Shown here one piece after another: positions 47,517-56,413 of a stretch of 64,000 nt of DNA (positions are counted from its first letter, which is position 1; every line of letters starts with the position of its first letter). The notes under the pieces are model-generated. The model saw nothing but the letters and a program-made list of their open reading frames with translations. It did no database searches and was not told the DNA's origin. The translations under genes and the position numbers were made by a program. Source of the DNA: an uncultured Burkholderiales bacterium. Lineage in GTDB: Bacteria; Pseudomonadota; Gammaproteobacteria; Burkholderiales; JALYOK01. The stretch is from assembly GCA_964488915.1 (NCBI GenBank), contig CAZAWU010000001.1, forward strand, positions 2,749-66,748, in the 5' to 3' direction.

Positions 47517-49664
47517 ATGCGCGAATCGCTTTACAGTCCCAATTGGTACCGCATCGCGCATTTAAAACCTAAGCTGCACCTGCACGTACGTGTCGAGCGC
47601 CAGCTCTATCGCCATCAAACCTGGTATTTGCTGCGCGATAGTACTTCCGGCAGGCATCACCGGATAAACGAACTCGCGTATCAATTCGTCGGCCGTCTGG
47701 ATGGCCGTCTCACTGTGGAGCAGATCTGGAATGTGCTCGCCGAAGAATTGGGTGATCGGCGCCCAACCCAAGACGAGATCGTTCAAACGCTCATCCAATT
47801 AGCAGAATTGGAGTTGATTCAGCCGGACCGCAATCCCGAATTCTCCGAAGTGTTTCAGCGGCGCGAGGAACGTGCGCGCAAGCGCTGGAGTAACGACGTC
47901 AACCCACTGTCGTTCAAAGTGCGCTTGTTCGATCCGAGCGACTTCCTGGCACGCTTTATTCGCGTTGCAAAACCACTATTCAGCTTGCCGTTCCTATGCG
48001 CGTGGATCGCACTCGTTGCAGCCGCGTTACTCGCCGCACGCGGCAATTGGGATGTGATCGTAGCTCACACCGCGACGGACGTCTCGACGCCGCGCTTCCT
48101 GCTACTGACTTGGCTGTGCTACCCGTTCATCAAACTGGTGCATGAATTTGCGCACGCATTCGCCGTAAAGGTTCTTGGTGGACACGTACGCGAAATGGGC
48201 GTGCGCGTTCTGTTTCTGACTCCGGTACCCTACGTCGATGCGAGCGCAGCAAACGGCTTGCGCGGCAAGTGGCAGCGCATCATGGTCAGCGTCGCCGGCA
48301 TCATGGCCGAGGTGCTCCTGGCGGCGCTGGCCTTGTTCGTATGGATATCGATTGAGAACGGGTTGCTCAAAGACGTCGCGTTCGTCACGATGCTCATCGG
48401 CGGCATATCGACGGTCCTGTTCAACGGCAATCCCTTACTGCGTTTCGACGGCTATTTCGCGCTCGCCGATCTGCTTGAATTACCGAATCTTGCACAGCGC
48501 AGCAATGCCTACTGGATGTACCTTGCGCAGCGACATGTTTGCCGATTGCGATCCGCGCCCTGCCCCGCCGCGAACTTGACCGAGCGGCTCTGGTTCCTCG
48601 CCTATGGAGCAAGCGCGCTAGTCTATCGGTGGCTGGTGTCGATCTGGATCGTTCTATGGATTAGCGGCAAGTCGGCCTTCCTCGCTATTGCGTTGAGTGT
48701 TTGGTTCATGTTCACGCTTATCGTGAAGCCTGCGGCTGCGGTCGTCGAGTTCCTCTTGCTAGCACCGCAGTTGGCTCGAATCCGGGTGCAGGCGATTGCC
48801 ATTGGCGCCTGCGCTCTTGCGGCAATCGTTGCTGTAATCCTGTTTCTTCCAGTGCCTTCTTCCACCTTAGCCCAAGGAATCGTGTGGCTGCCTGAGCAAG
48901 CCCGCGTACGAACACAAACGGACGGCTTTGTCGAGGAAATCCTCGCCCAAGATGGCAGCTTTGTAAAAGCGGGCGAAACGATAGCCCTGCTGAAGGCCCC
49001 TGACCTCGAAGCAAAGCGCAGCGAGCTAACCGCCAAGCTTGAAAGCCTAGAAGCTCAATACCAACGCGCACTAAGCGCCAGCCCCGGCGAAGCGACGGTC
49101 GCAGAGCAAGCGCGCGATCAAGCTCAAGCCGAATTGTCACTAGTCGAGCAGCGTCTCGGCGCATTGCGCATAGCTAGCCCTGCCGAAGGCAGGCTGGTGA
49201 TGCCGCACCAGAACGATTTGCAGGACGGCTTTGTGTCGCGCGGCACAGCGCTTGCCCACCTCATCACTGATTCGACACTGGAAGTTCGCCTGGCTGTGCC
49301 GCACAGCGACGCCGCACTAGTGCGCGAACGACACGACCGGATCGAGGTGCGGCTTGCTGAGCATCCCGAGCGCGCCTTGGCCGCACATTGGTTGCGTGAA
49401 GTGCCTGCCGCGACTCACGTCCTACCGGCGGCGGCACTAAGCGAGTCTTACGGAGGCAGCATCACGACCGATCCGCAAGACGCAGATGCATTGCTTACCC
49501 TGGAACCGGTCTTTGTATTTGACGTAAGTGTTCCTTCCAAGCGCTTTCAGCGAGCCGGCGCGCGCGCTTGGGTGCGTATCGACCACGGCAGCGAGCCCTT
49601 GGCCGCCCAGTGGGCTCGGAGTGTGCGCCGTATCGTCTTGCGCCACTTCACGGTCCAATCTTAG
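47517..49664 (+). CDS. PqqD-like N-domain / M50 site-2-protease membrane core / C-terminal HlyD-like domain fusion protein
   Basis: 715 aa. N-domain YQFVGRLDGRLTVEQIWNVLAEELG...IVQTLIQLAELELI. HExxH in LVHEFAHAFAV. Second M50 motif NGNPLLRFDGY. At least 6 TM segments. C-terminal coiled coil plus barrel (IALLKAPDLEAKRSELTAKLESLEAQYQ...IASPAEGRLV). Confidence 0.8.
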   Translation: MRESLYSPNWYRIAHLKPKLHLHVRVERQLYRHQTWYLLRDSTSGRHHRINELAYQFVGRLDGRLTVEQIWNVLAEELGDRRPTQDEIVQTLIQLAELELIQPDRNPEFSEVFQRREERARKRWSNDVNPLSFKVRLFDPSDFLARFIRVAKPLFSLPFLCAWIALVAAALLAARGNWDVIVAHTATDVSTPRFLLLTWLCYPFIKLVHEFAHAFAVKVLGGHVREMGVRVLFLTPVPYVDASAANGLRGKWQRIMVSVAGIMAEVLLAALALFVWISIENGLLKDVAFVTMLIGGISTVLFNGNPLLRFDGYFALADLLELPNLAQRSNAYWMYLAQRHVCRLRSAPCPAANLTERLWFLAYGASALVYRWLVSIWIVLWISGKSAFLAIALSVWFMFTLIVKPAAAVVEFLLLAPQLARIRVQAIAIGACALAAIVAVILFLPVPSSTLAQGIVWLPEQARVRTQTDGFVEEILAQDGSFVKAGETIALLKAPDLEAKRSELTAKLESLEAQYQRALSASPGEATVAEQARDQAQAELSLVEQRLGALRIASPAEGRLVMPHQNDLQDGFVSRGTALAHLITDSTLEVRLAVPHSDAALVRERHDRIEVRLAEHPERALAAHWLREVPAATHVLPAAALSESYGGSITTDPQDADALLTLEPVFVFDVSVPSKRFQRAGARAWVRIDHGSEPLAAQWARSVRRIVLRHFTVQS

Positions 49665-49674
49665 ACGTATCTGT

Positions 49675-51654
49675 ATGCGCACAGCGACGCTTCCGATCCC
49701 CGGAATCGTGTTCGGCACCTATCCCGAAAAACGCTCACCCGCCGTGACCGGCACGCGCGCGCTAGCTGCGCTACTGCGTCCCAAGCTGTTCGGTGATCGC
49801 TTGCTACGAGCGAAGTTCAGCTCTGTACGCGCCTTGATGGCCTCGCACTCCGACAACAGCCTTGACGCCATTCCCGCATTCAGAAGCAAGCTACATGCTA
49901 CTCGCGCACAATTGGGTCGCGACGGCTTCACACCTGCGCTGGTCGCGGATAGCTTTATCCTAGTCAGCAACGCGATCCACCGGCGATTGGGCTACCACGT
50001 GTTCGACACACAGCTCTACGCAGCTTGGATCATGCTGCACAATCGCTTGGCTGAAATGGCGACAGGCGAAGGCAAGACCGTTGCCGCCTCGCTCGCAGCG
50101 GCAACGGCCGCATTGGCCGGCATACCCGTGCACGTCATAACCGCCAACGACTACCTGGTGCAGCGCGACGCCGAACTACTGCGGCCAGTCTACGAAACCA
50201 TAGGACTCAGTGTCGGCTACGTAACTCAAATAATGGACGAGCAGCAGCGGCGCGAAGCATATGCATGCGACGTGACCTACTGCACGGCCAAGGAGTTGGT
50301 ATTCGACTATCTGAGAGACGGTCTTGGACGGCGAGCCCACGCGAGCGATCTGCACGCGCGCGCGGCACGACTGAGTTCCAACAGCCACCGCGCGCCGGTG
50401 CTACGCGGCCTTTGCATGGCAGTGATCGACGAAGCAGATAGCATCTTGATCGATGAAGCCCGCACGCCGCTAATACTGGCGCAGGCCCTCAACAACGAAG
50501 CACAGTCGAATCTCTATCGCGAAGCGCTTTCAGTAGCGGCCGAGTTACAAGCGTGGCAGCACTACCGATTGGACGAAACCCATCAGACGGCGGAACTCAC
50601 CGAAGCTGGCGTCATTCAATTGGAGCAGCGTTGCGGCGCCTTAACCGGTGGGTGGCGTGACCGGCGCTGGCGTCACGAAATGGTTACGCTCGCGCTGGCG
50701 GTTCAGCATCTGTTCGTGCGTGATAGGCACTACATCGTGCGCGACGGCAAAGTGATACTCGTGGATCAAACAACCGGACGTGCCGCAGCGGGGCGGATCT
50801 TCTCGCGCGGCATCCATCAGATGATCGAACTCAAAGAGGGCTGTGTCGTCACAGGTGAGCAGCGCACGATTGCTCAGATCACTTACCAACGCTTCTTCCC
50901 ACGCTACCATCGCTTATGCGGGATGAGCGGCACGCTGCGTGAAGCAGGCACTGAGCTGCAGAGTGTCTACGGACTTGACACCAGCGTCGTGCCGTTGCGC
51001 CAAACCAGCAAACGCCGCGTTTGGCCCATGCGCGTCTTTGCGAATGCGGGAGCAAAATGGACAGCAGTTGTGGACCGTATCGCCGAGTTGCACCGATCTG
51101 GCCGACCCGTATTGATCGGCACCGATTCCGTCGCCGACTCCGAGCAGCTTGCGCAGCGCTTAGCCAATGTCGGTCTGGCAGCACAAGTTCTAAACGCGCG
51201 CAACGACGGAACGGAAGCGACGATCGTCGCGCGCGCAGGCGAAGCCGGCGCCATCACGGTTGCGACTAACATGGCGGGCCGCGGCACCGACATCGTACTC
51301 GGCAAAGGCGTGGCTGAGCTAGGCGGCTTGCACGTCATCTGCTGTCAGCGCAACTCGGCGCGACGAATCGACCGTCAGTTGCAGGGTCGCTGCGCGCGGC
51401 AAGGTGATCCAGGCAGCACCGAAACGATCTTGACGCTCGATCAGGGACGGGTCCACAAGTACCTGCCTACCCACGTTCGGCGCAGTCTCGCGAATCCTCA
51501 CAACACGAAAGCGCTGCCCTCGATGCTGGGCGGCGCGCTCATCGCACTCCCGCAACGCATCGAAGAACTTCGCCACCAATTCGAGCGCTGGCAACTGCTG
51601 CGTCGCGACATCCTGATTGATCGTCGGCTCTCATTCGCCGGTCGCGGCGAGTAA
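49675..51654 (+). CDS. Truncated SecA-like DEAD-motor ATPase
   Basis: Trimmed to ATG 49675, 10 nt after the upstream stop. LAEMATGEGKT (Walker A), HVITANDYLVQRDA, VIDEADSILIDEARTPLILA, HYIVRDGKVILVDQTTGR, GMSGT, TNMAGRGTDI and RRIDRQLQGRCARQGDPGS follow the SecA NBD1/PPXD/NBD2 order. Only about 78 aa follow the last motif. Confidence 0.85.
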   Translation: MRTATLPIPGIVFGTYPEKRSPAVTGTRALAALLRPKLFGDRLLRAKFSSVRALMASHSDNSLDAIPAFRSKLHATRAQLGRDGFTPALVADSFILVSNAIHRRLGYHVFDTQLYAAWIMLHNRLAEMATGEGKTVAASLAAATAALAGIPVHVITANDYLVQRDAELLRPVYETIGLSVGYVTQIMDEQQRREAYACDVTYCTAKELVFDYLRDGLGRRAHASDLHARAARLSSNSHRAPVLRGLCMAVIDEADSILIDEARTPLILAQALNNEAQSNLYREALSVAAELQAWQHYRLDETHQTAELTEAGVIQLEQRCGALTGGWRDRRWRHEMVTLALAVQHLFVRDRHYIVRDGKVILVDQTTGRAAAGRIFSRGIHQMIELKEGCVVTGEQRTIAQITYQRFFPRYHRLCGMSGTLREAGTELQSVYGLDTSVVPLRQTSKRRVWPMRVFANAGAKWTAVVDRIAELHRSGRPVLIGTDSVADSEQLAQRLANVGLAAQVLNARNDGTEATIVARAGEAGAITVATNMAGRGTDIVLGKGVAELGGLHVICCQRNSARRIDRQLQGRCARQGDPGSTETILTLDQGRVHKYLPTHVRRSLANPHNTKALPSMLGGALIALPQRIEELRHQFERWQLLRRDILIDRRLSFAGRGE

Positions 51655-51724
51655 CTGCCACACTGAAGCCTACTTTACCGAGCCGACCGCGCCGCGAAAG
51701 CAGGCCGACCCGGATGGGTTGGGA

Positions 51725-51800
51725 TGGCGTCCCCACGGGGATTCGAACCCCGGTTACCGCCGTGAAAGGGCGATGTCCTAGGCCTCTAGACGATGGGGAC
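51725..51800 (-). tRNA. tRNA-Glu (anticodon UUC)
   Basis: Reverse complement GTCCCCATCGTCTAGAGGCCTAGGACATCGCCCTTTCACGGCGGTAACCGGGGTTCGAATCCCCGTGGGGACGCCA. 76 nt, cloverleaf with loop CUUUCAC, encoded CCA. Near-identical in pattern to E. coli tRNA-Glu. Confidence 0.95.
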
Positions 51801-51813
51801 GACGTTTGTTGGG

Positions 51814-51889
<76 letters not shown>

Positions 51890-51943
51890 AAACCGAACGT
51901 CACATTATACAGGCTTGTCCGGAGCATGGGAATTTTAGACGCT

Positions 51944-53338
51944 CTAGGCCAACGCGTGCCGCATACGGGCGAGCACATCGTCCTTGCCGATCAACTCCAG
52001 GGTGGCGTCGATTGAAGGCGTGTGCGGTGTGCCGCATACCGCAACGCGCAGAGGCATCGCCAACTCAGGCATTTTGAGTTTGCGCGCGGCGAGCACTTGC
52101 TTGATCGCGGCGCTGATTTCCTCTCGGCGCCAGTCGGCGCGCGCAAAATGCTGCGCCAGCTCTTCCAGTGTTAAGCGCGCTGAGGCAGTCAAATACTGCG
52201 CGATCAGTTCGCTAGACGCGTGAACCGGCCGAAAAAAATACACCGCCGCATCGGCGAGTTCGACCATCGTGTTCACCCGCGCCTTTAAGAGTTCCGCTGC
52301 GCCAGTGAGCTTGCCGCTGTCGAACGGACCGGCGACGCCGTGACTAGGCAAGCGTCGTGCGAGCGCGGCACCCAGAGCCACACTGTCGTGCGTCTTCAAG
52401 TATTGCTGATTGAGCCATAGTAGTTTTTCAGGATTGAACTGCGCGGCCGAGCGGCTGATGTGCTCGAGGTCGAACCAATCGACGAACTGTTGCATGGAGA
52501 ATACCTCCTCGTCTCCATGGGACCAACCTAAGCGCGCCAAGTAATTATTGAGCGCAGCGGGCAAGTAGCCGTCCTCCTCGTACTGCATCACACTCACCGC
52601 GCCGTGGCGCTTTGACAAGCGCTCGCCATCCGAGCCGAGAATCATCGGCACGTGCGCGAAGTACGGCAGGCTCGCGCCGAGCGCCCTGAAGATATTGATC
52701 TGCCGCGGGGTATTGTTAACGTGATCGTCACCACGGATGACATGGGTCATGCGCATGTCGATGTCGTCCACGACGACGCCGAAGTTGTATGTCGGCACGC
52801 CGTCGGCGCGCAGGATGACCAGATCATCGAGTTCCGTGTTGCTGAATGAGATGTCGCCCTTCACCAAATCGCGCCATGTCACCTCGCCTGAATCCGGATT
52901 GCGAAAACGCACAAGCGGTTCAGCGCCTGCCGGCGGCGTTTTGCCCTTCGCGTTCTCAGGGCGCCAGCGCCCATCGTAACGTGGCTTTTCGCCGCGCGCG
53001 CGCTGCTGTTCGCGCATCAGCTCGAGATCTTCCTTGCTCGCGTAGCAGCGGTAGGCGTGGCCGTCCTTGATGAGCTGCTCGGCAACTTCGCGGTAGCGCT
53101 CGAGGCGCTGCATCTGATAGAACGGCCCCTCGTCGTAGTCGAGCTTGAGCCACGCCATGGCGTCGAGAATCGCCTGCGTGGAAGCTTGCGTGGAGCGCTC
53201 GCGATCGGTGTCCTCGATGCGCAGAATGAACTTGCCGCCGTGCTTGCGAGCGTAGGCCCAAGAGAACAATGCGGTGCGCGCGCCGCCGATATGAAGATAG
53301 CCGGTCGGGCTGGGCGCAAAGCGAGTGCGAACGCTCAT
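51944..53338 (-). CDS. gltX: Glutamate--tRNA ligase
   Basis: 464 aa. RFAPSPTGYLHIGGART (HIGH) and the KMSKS-type LSKRHG. Confidence 0.95.
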   Translation of the reverse strand: MSVRTRFAPSPTGYLHIGGARTALFSWAYARKHGGKFILRIEDTDRERSTQASTQAILDAMAWLKLDYDEGPFYQMQRLERYREVAEQLIKDGHAYRCYASKEDLELMREQQRARGEKPRYDGRWRPENAKGKTPPAGAEPLVRFRNPDSGEVTWRDLVKGDISFSNTELDDLVILRADGVPTYNFGVVVDDIDMRMTHVIRGDDHVNNTPRQINIFRALGASLPYFAHVPMILGSDGERLSKRHGAVSVMQYEEDGYLPAALNNYLARLGWSHGDEEVFSMQQFVDWFDLEHISRSAAQFNPEKLLWLNQQYLKTHDSVALGAALARRLPSHGVAGPFDSGKLTGAAELLKARVNTMVELADAAVYFFRPVHASSELIAQYLTASARLTLEELAQHFARADWRREEISAAIKQVLAARKLKMPELAMPLRVAVCGTPHTPSIDATLELIGKDDVLARMRHALA

Positions 53339-53389
53339 GAATTTCTCGTGCGATGTGACAAGGACCGCGTTGCGGCGAAGTCGCCTATT

Positions 53390-56374
53390 TTACGCGCGCG
53401 GTGCTTCAGTTCTTCGCAGCGCGCGCTGCAGCACACGCGCAACGTGCAACGCCTCGCGTTTCGCGCCGTCGTGAATCTGATGCCGGCAACTCGTGCCGTC
53501 GGCCACGATCAACGTGTCTTCGGCGGCGTCGCGCACCGCCGGCAACAGTGCGGCTTCGGCCATGCGCATTGATACACCATAATGCTTAGCCTCCAAGCCA
53601 AAGCTGCCCGCCATTCCACAGCATGATGTGCTAACAGTATCCACCTCGAGCTCAGGAATTCGCGCGAGTACGGCTTGCACGGCAGGCATGACGTCAAATG
53701 CCTTTTGATGACAGTGCCCGTGCAACAAAGCGCGCTTCTGCGGCAGCGCTTGCACCTCCAAGTGCATCCGCCCCACCCGGCATTCGCGCTCGATGAATTC
53801 TTCGAACGTCAGCGCAGCGCCGGCAATCTGACGCGTGGGTTCGCTCGGCAACAAGGAAAGGAATTCGTCGCGCAGCGTCAATAGACATGCGGGTTCGAGT
53901 CCCACCACCGCCACGCCGCGCTGCACGTAAGGCATGAGCGCATCGATCAAGCGCTGCGCTTCGCTACGCGCTTGATCGACAAGGCCCGCGGCGAGAAAGG
54001 TGCGTCCGCAGCAAAGCGGGCGTTGCGCATCCAGCCCACGCGCGAAGTGCACGCGGTAGCGCGCGCGCGCAAACACTTCGAGTGCCGCATGCACGTTTTC
54101 GCTTTCGAAATAGCGGTTGAAGGTGTCGACCAGCAGCACCACTTCGCCCGCCGGAGAATTCACGCTCTGCGCGGGTAGCTGAGATTCGTCAAAGTAATCG
54201 CCGCGCCAACGCGGCAAACTACGCTCGCCGGCGAATCCAAGCGTTTTCTCCAATAGCCAGCGATAGCCGGGGATGTGTTCGTACAGATTGCCCAACATAG
54301 AGAGCCGCGCCACCCGCGGCGCGTAGCGCGGCAAATACGCAACCAAACGCTCGCGCAGCTTAAGCCCATGCGCTCGCGTGTAGTGATGCATGGCTTCGAT
54401 CTTCATCTTCGCCATGTCGACACCGGTCGGGCACTCGCGTTTACAGCCCTTGCAGGAGACGCAAAGATCAAGCGCTGCGCGCACTTCGGCGGAGGCGAGC
54501 CCCCGGGTGCCCAGCTGCCCTGACAGCGCCAAGCGCAGGGTGTTCGCGCGCCCGCGCGTGAGGTGCGCTTCATCCTGGGTCGCCCGAAACGAAGGGCACA
54601 TCGTGCCGGCGTCGAACTTGCGGCAGTGACCGTTGTTGTTGCACATCTCCACCGCTTTGTCGAACCCCCCCGCCTCGCTCCAATCGAGCACGCTGGGCGG
54701 TGACAGCGTGCGATAGCCGGGCGGATAGCGGAATAGCGAACGCTCGTCCATTCTGCTCGGGCGCACGATCTTCCCCGGGTTCATGACGTTCTTGGGATCG
54801 AACCAACTCTTGATCTCGCCGAGCGCGGCGGTCAAGCGTGCACCGAAAAACGGCTCGATCCACTCCGAGCGCACCAAGCCGTCGCCGTGTTCGCCTGAGT
54901 AGGCGCCCTTGTATTCCTTCACCATCGCGCACGCTTCTTCCGCGATCGCGCGCATCTTCACCGCGCCGTCGCGACGCATGTCCAGGATCGGACGCACATG
55001 CAAGCAGCCGACCGACGCATGGGCGTACCAAGTGCCCTTGGTGCCGTGCCTGGTGAACACCTCGGTCAAGCGGCGTGTGTATTCGGCAAGATGTTCCAGC
55101 GGCACGGCGCAATCTTCGATGAACGATACCGGCTTGCCGTCACCTTTCATCGACATCATGATGTTGAGGCCTGCCTTACGCACCTCCCACACGTCGCGCT
55201 GTAGTTTGCCGTCAGTGATCTCGACGACGCTGCCCGGTAGACCAAGATCACCGAGCAACTCGACGAGTTGCTTGAGCTGCGTCTGGTTGGCATCCTTCAC
55301 CTGGCCAGCGAACTCCACCAACAAGATTGCGTCGGGCTCGCCTTTGAGAAAGCGATCCACGGTGGCGCGAAACGCGCCGATCTCGCGCGAAAGTTCGATC
55401 ATCGTACGGTCAACCAACTCCACCGCGGTAGGTCTCAATTTGACGATGTGCTGCGCAGCAGCCATTGCGTCATAGAAGCGCGGAAAGTGGCACACGCCCA
55501 GAACTTTATGCCGCGGCAGCGGCGTAAGCTGCAAGTGCAAGCGCTCAAAGTACGCGAGCGTGCCTTCGGAGCCCACCAGCAAACGCGCCATGTTGTGCGT
55601 ATCAGGCGACAGGCAATCCAAGTTGTAGCCCGCTACGCGCCGCAGCAGTTTGGGAAAACGCGCGGCGATCTCATCGCGCTCGCGCTCCCACAGCGCGCGC
55701 GTTTGCCGGCACAATTCCTTGTAGCGCGCGGTGCCGGTGACCTCGCGTACGTCGCGCGGCACCGCGCCGCAATGAATCAACTCACCGCTCGGCAATAGCG
55801 CATCGATGGCATTGACGTTGTGCACCATGTTGCCGTGCGCGATCGAGCGGCTGCCGCAGGAGTTGTTGCCCGCCATGCCACCGAGAGTAGCTTGCGCCGC
55901 GGTCGACACGTCGACCGGGTACCACAGCTCGTAGCGCCTCAACCAAGCGTTGAGCTGATCGAGCACAACGCCCGGCTGCACCACCACACGCATCTCGTCC
56001 TCATCGAACGAGACGACTTGATTAAGCCATTTGCTGTTGTCGATGACCAGCGCCGCGCCGACCGTCTGCCCGCATTGAGACGTGCCGGCGCCACGCGGCA
56101 AGATCGGCACGCCTGCTTCGGCGGCGACTTGGATCGCGGTGCGCGCGGCCTGCGGCGTTTTTGGCACAACCACGCCGATCGGCATGATTTGATAGATCGA
56201 CGCGTCGGTTGCGTAGCGCCCGCGCGAAGCGGCATCGAAATAGACGTCGCCTTCGACCTCGCGGCGCAAGCGCGCTTCGATCGGGTGCACCGCCACGCGT
56301 TGCAGCGCGATGAACTTGCGGCGGGGGAGAAACGACTGCTCCAAAAGGGATTTTGCGGTGGAAGGTTCGTGCAT
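53390..56374 (-). CDS. FAD-binding (GlcD-like) plus Fe-S/CCG-domain (GlcF-like) fusion oxidoreductase
   Basis: Track ORF trimmed to ATG 56374, because the upstream part overlaps the divergent gene. FAD-PCMH domain (PRGAGTSQCGQ), 4Fe-4S motifs CVSCKGCKRECP and CNNNGHCRKFDAGTMCP, C-terminal CCG repeats. Confidence 0.9.
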   Translation of the reverse strand: MHEPSTAKSLLEQSFLPRRKFIALQRVAVHPIEARLRREVEGDVYFDAASRGRYATDASIYQIMPIGVVVPKTPQAARTAIQVAAEAGVPILPRGAGTSQCGQTVGAALVIDNSKWLNQVVSFDEDEMRVVVQPGVVLDQLNAWLRRYELWYPVDVSTAAQATLGGMAGNNSCGSRSIAHGNMVHNVNAIDALLPSGELIHCGAVPRDVREVTGTARYKELCRQTRALWERERDEIAARFPKLLRRVAGYNLDCLSPDTHNMARLLVGSEGTLAYFERLHLQLTPLPRHKVLGVCHFPRFYDAMAAAQHIVKLRPTAVELVDRTMIELSREIGAFRATVDRFLKGEPDAILLVEFAGQVKDANQTQLKQLVELLGDLGLPGSVVEITDGKLQRDVWEVRKAGLNIMMSMKGDGKPVSFIEDCAVPLEHLAEYTRRLTEVFTRHGTKGTWYAHASVGCLHVRPILDMRRDGAVKMRAIAEEACAMVKEYKGAYSGEHGDGLVRSEWIEPFFGARLTAALGEIKSWFDPKNVMNPGKIVRPSRMDERSLFRYPPGYRTLSPPSVLDWSEAGGFDKAVEMCNNNGHCRKFDAGTMCPSFRATQDEAHLTRGRANTLRLALSGQLGTRGLASAEVRAALDLCVSCKGCKRECPTGVDMAKMKIEAMHHYTRAHGLKLRERLVAYLPRYAPRVARLSMLGNLYEHIPGYRWLLEKTLGFAGERSLPRWRGDYFDESQLPAQSVNSPAGEVVLLVDTFNRYFESENVHAALEVFARARYRVHFARGLDAQRPLCCGRTFLAAGLVDQARSEAQRLIDALMPYVQRGVAVVGLEPACLLTLRDEFLSLLPSEPTRQIAGAALTFEEFIERECRVGRMHLEVQALPQKRALLHGHCHQKAFDVMPAVQAVLARIPELEVDTVSTSCCGMAGSFGLEAKHYGVSMRMAEAALLPAVRDAAEDTLIVADGTSCRHQIHDGAKREALHVARVLQRALRRTEAPRA

Positions 56375-56413
56375 AATAGTCGCATTCAAGCCGCGCTGTA
56401 AAACGAGGGTACG

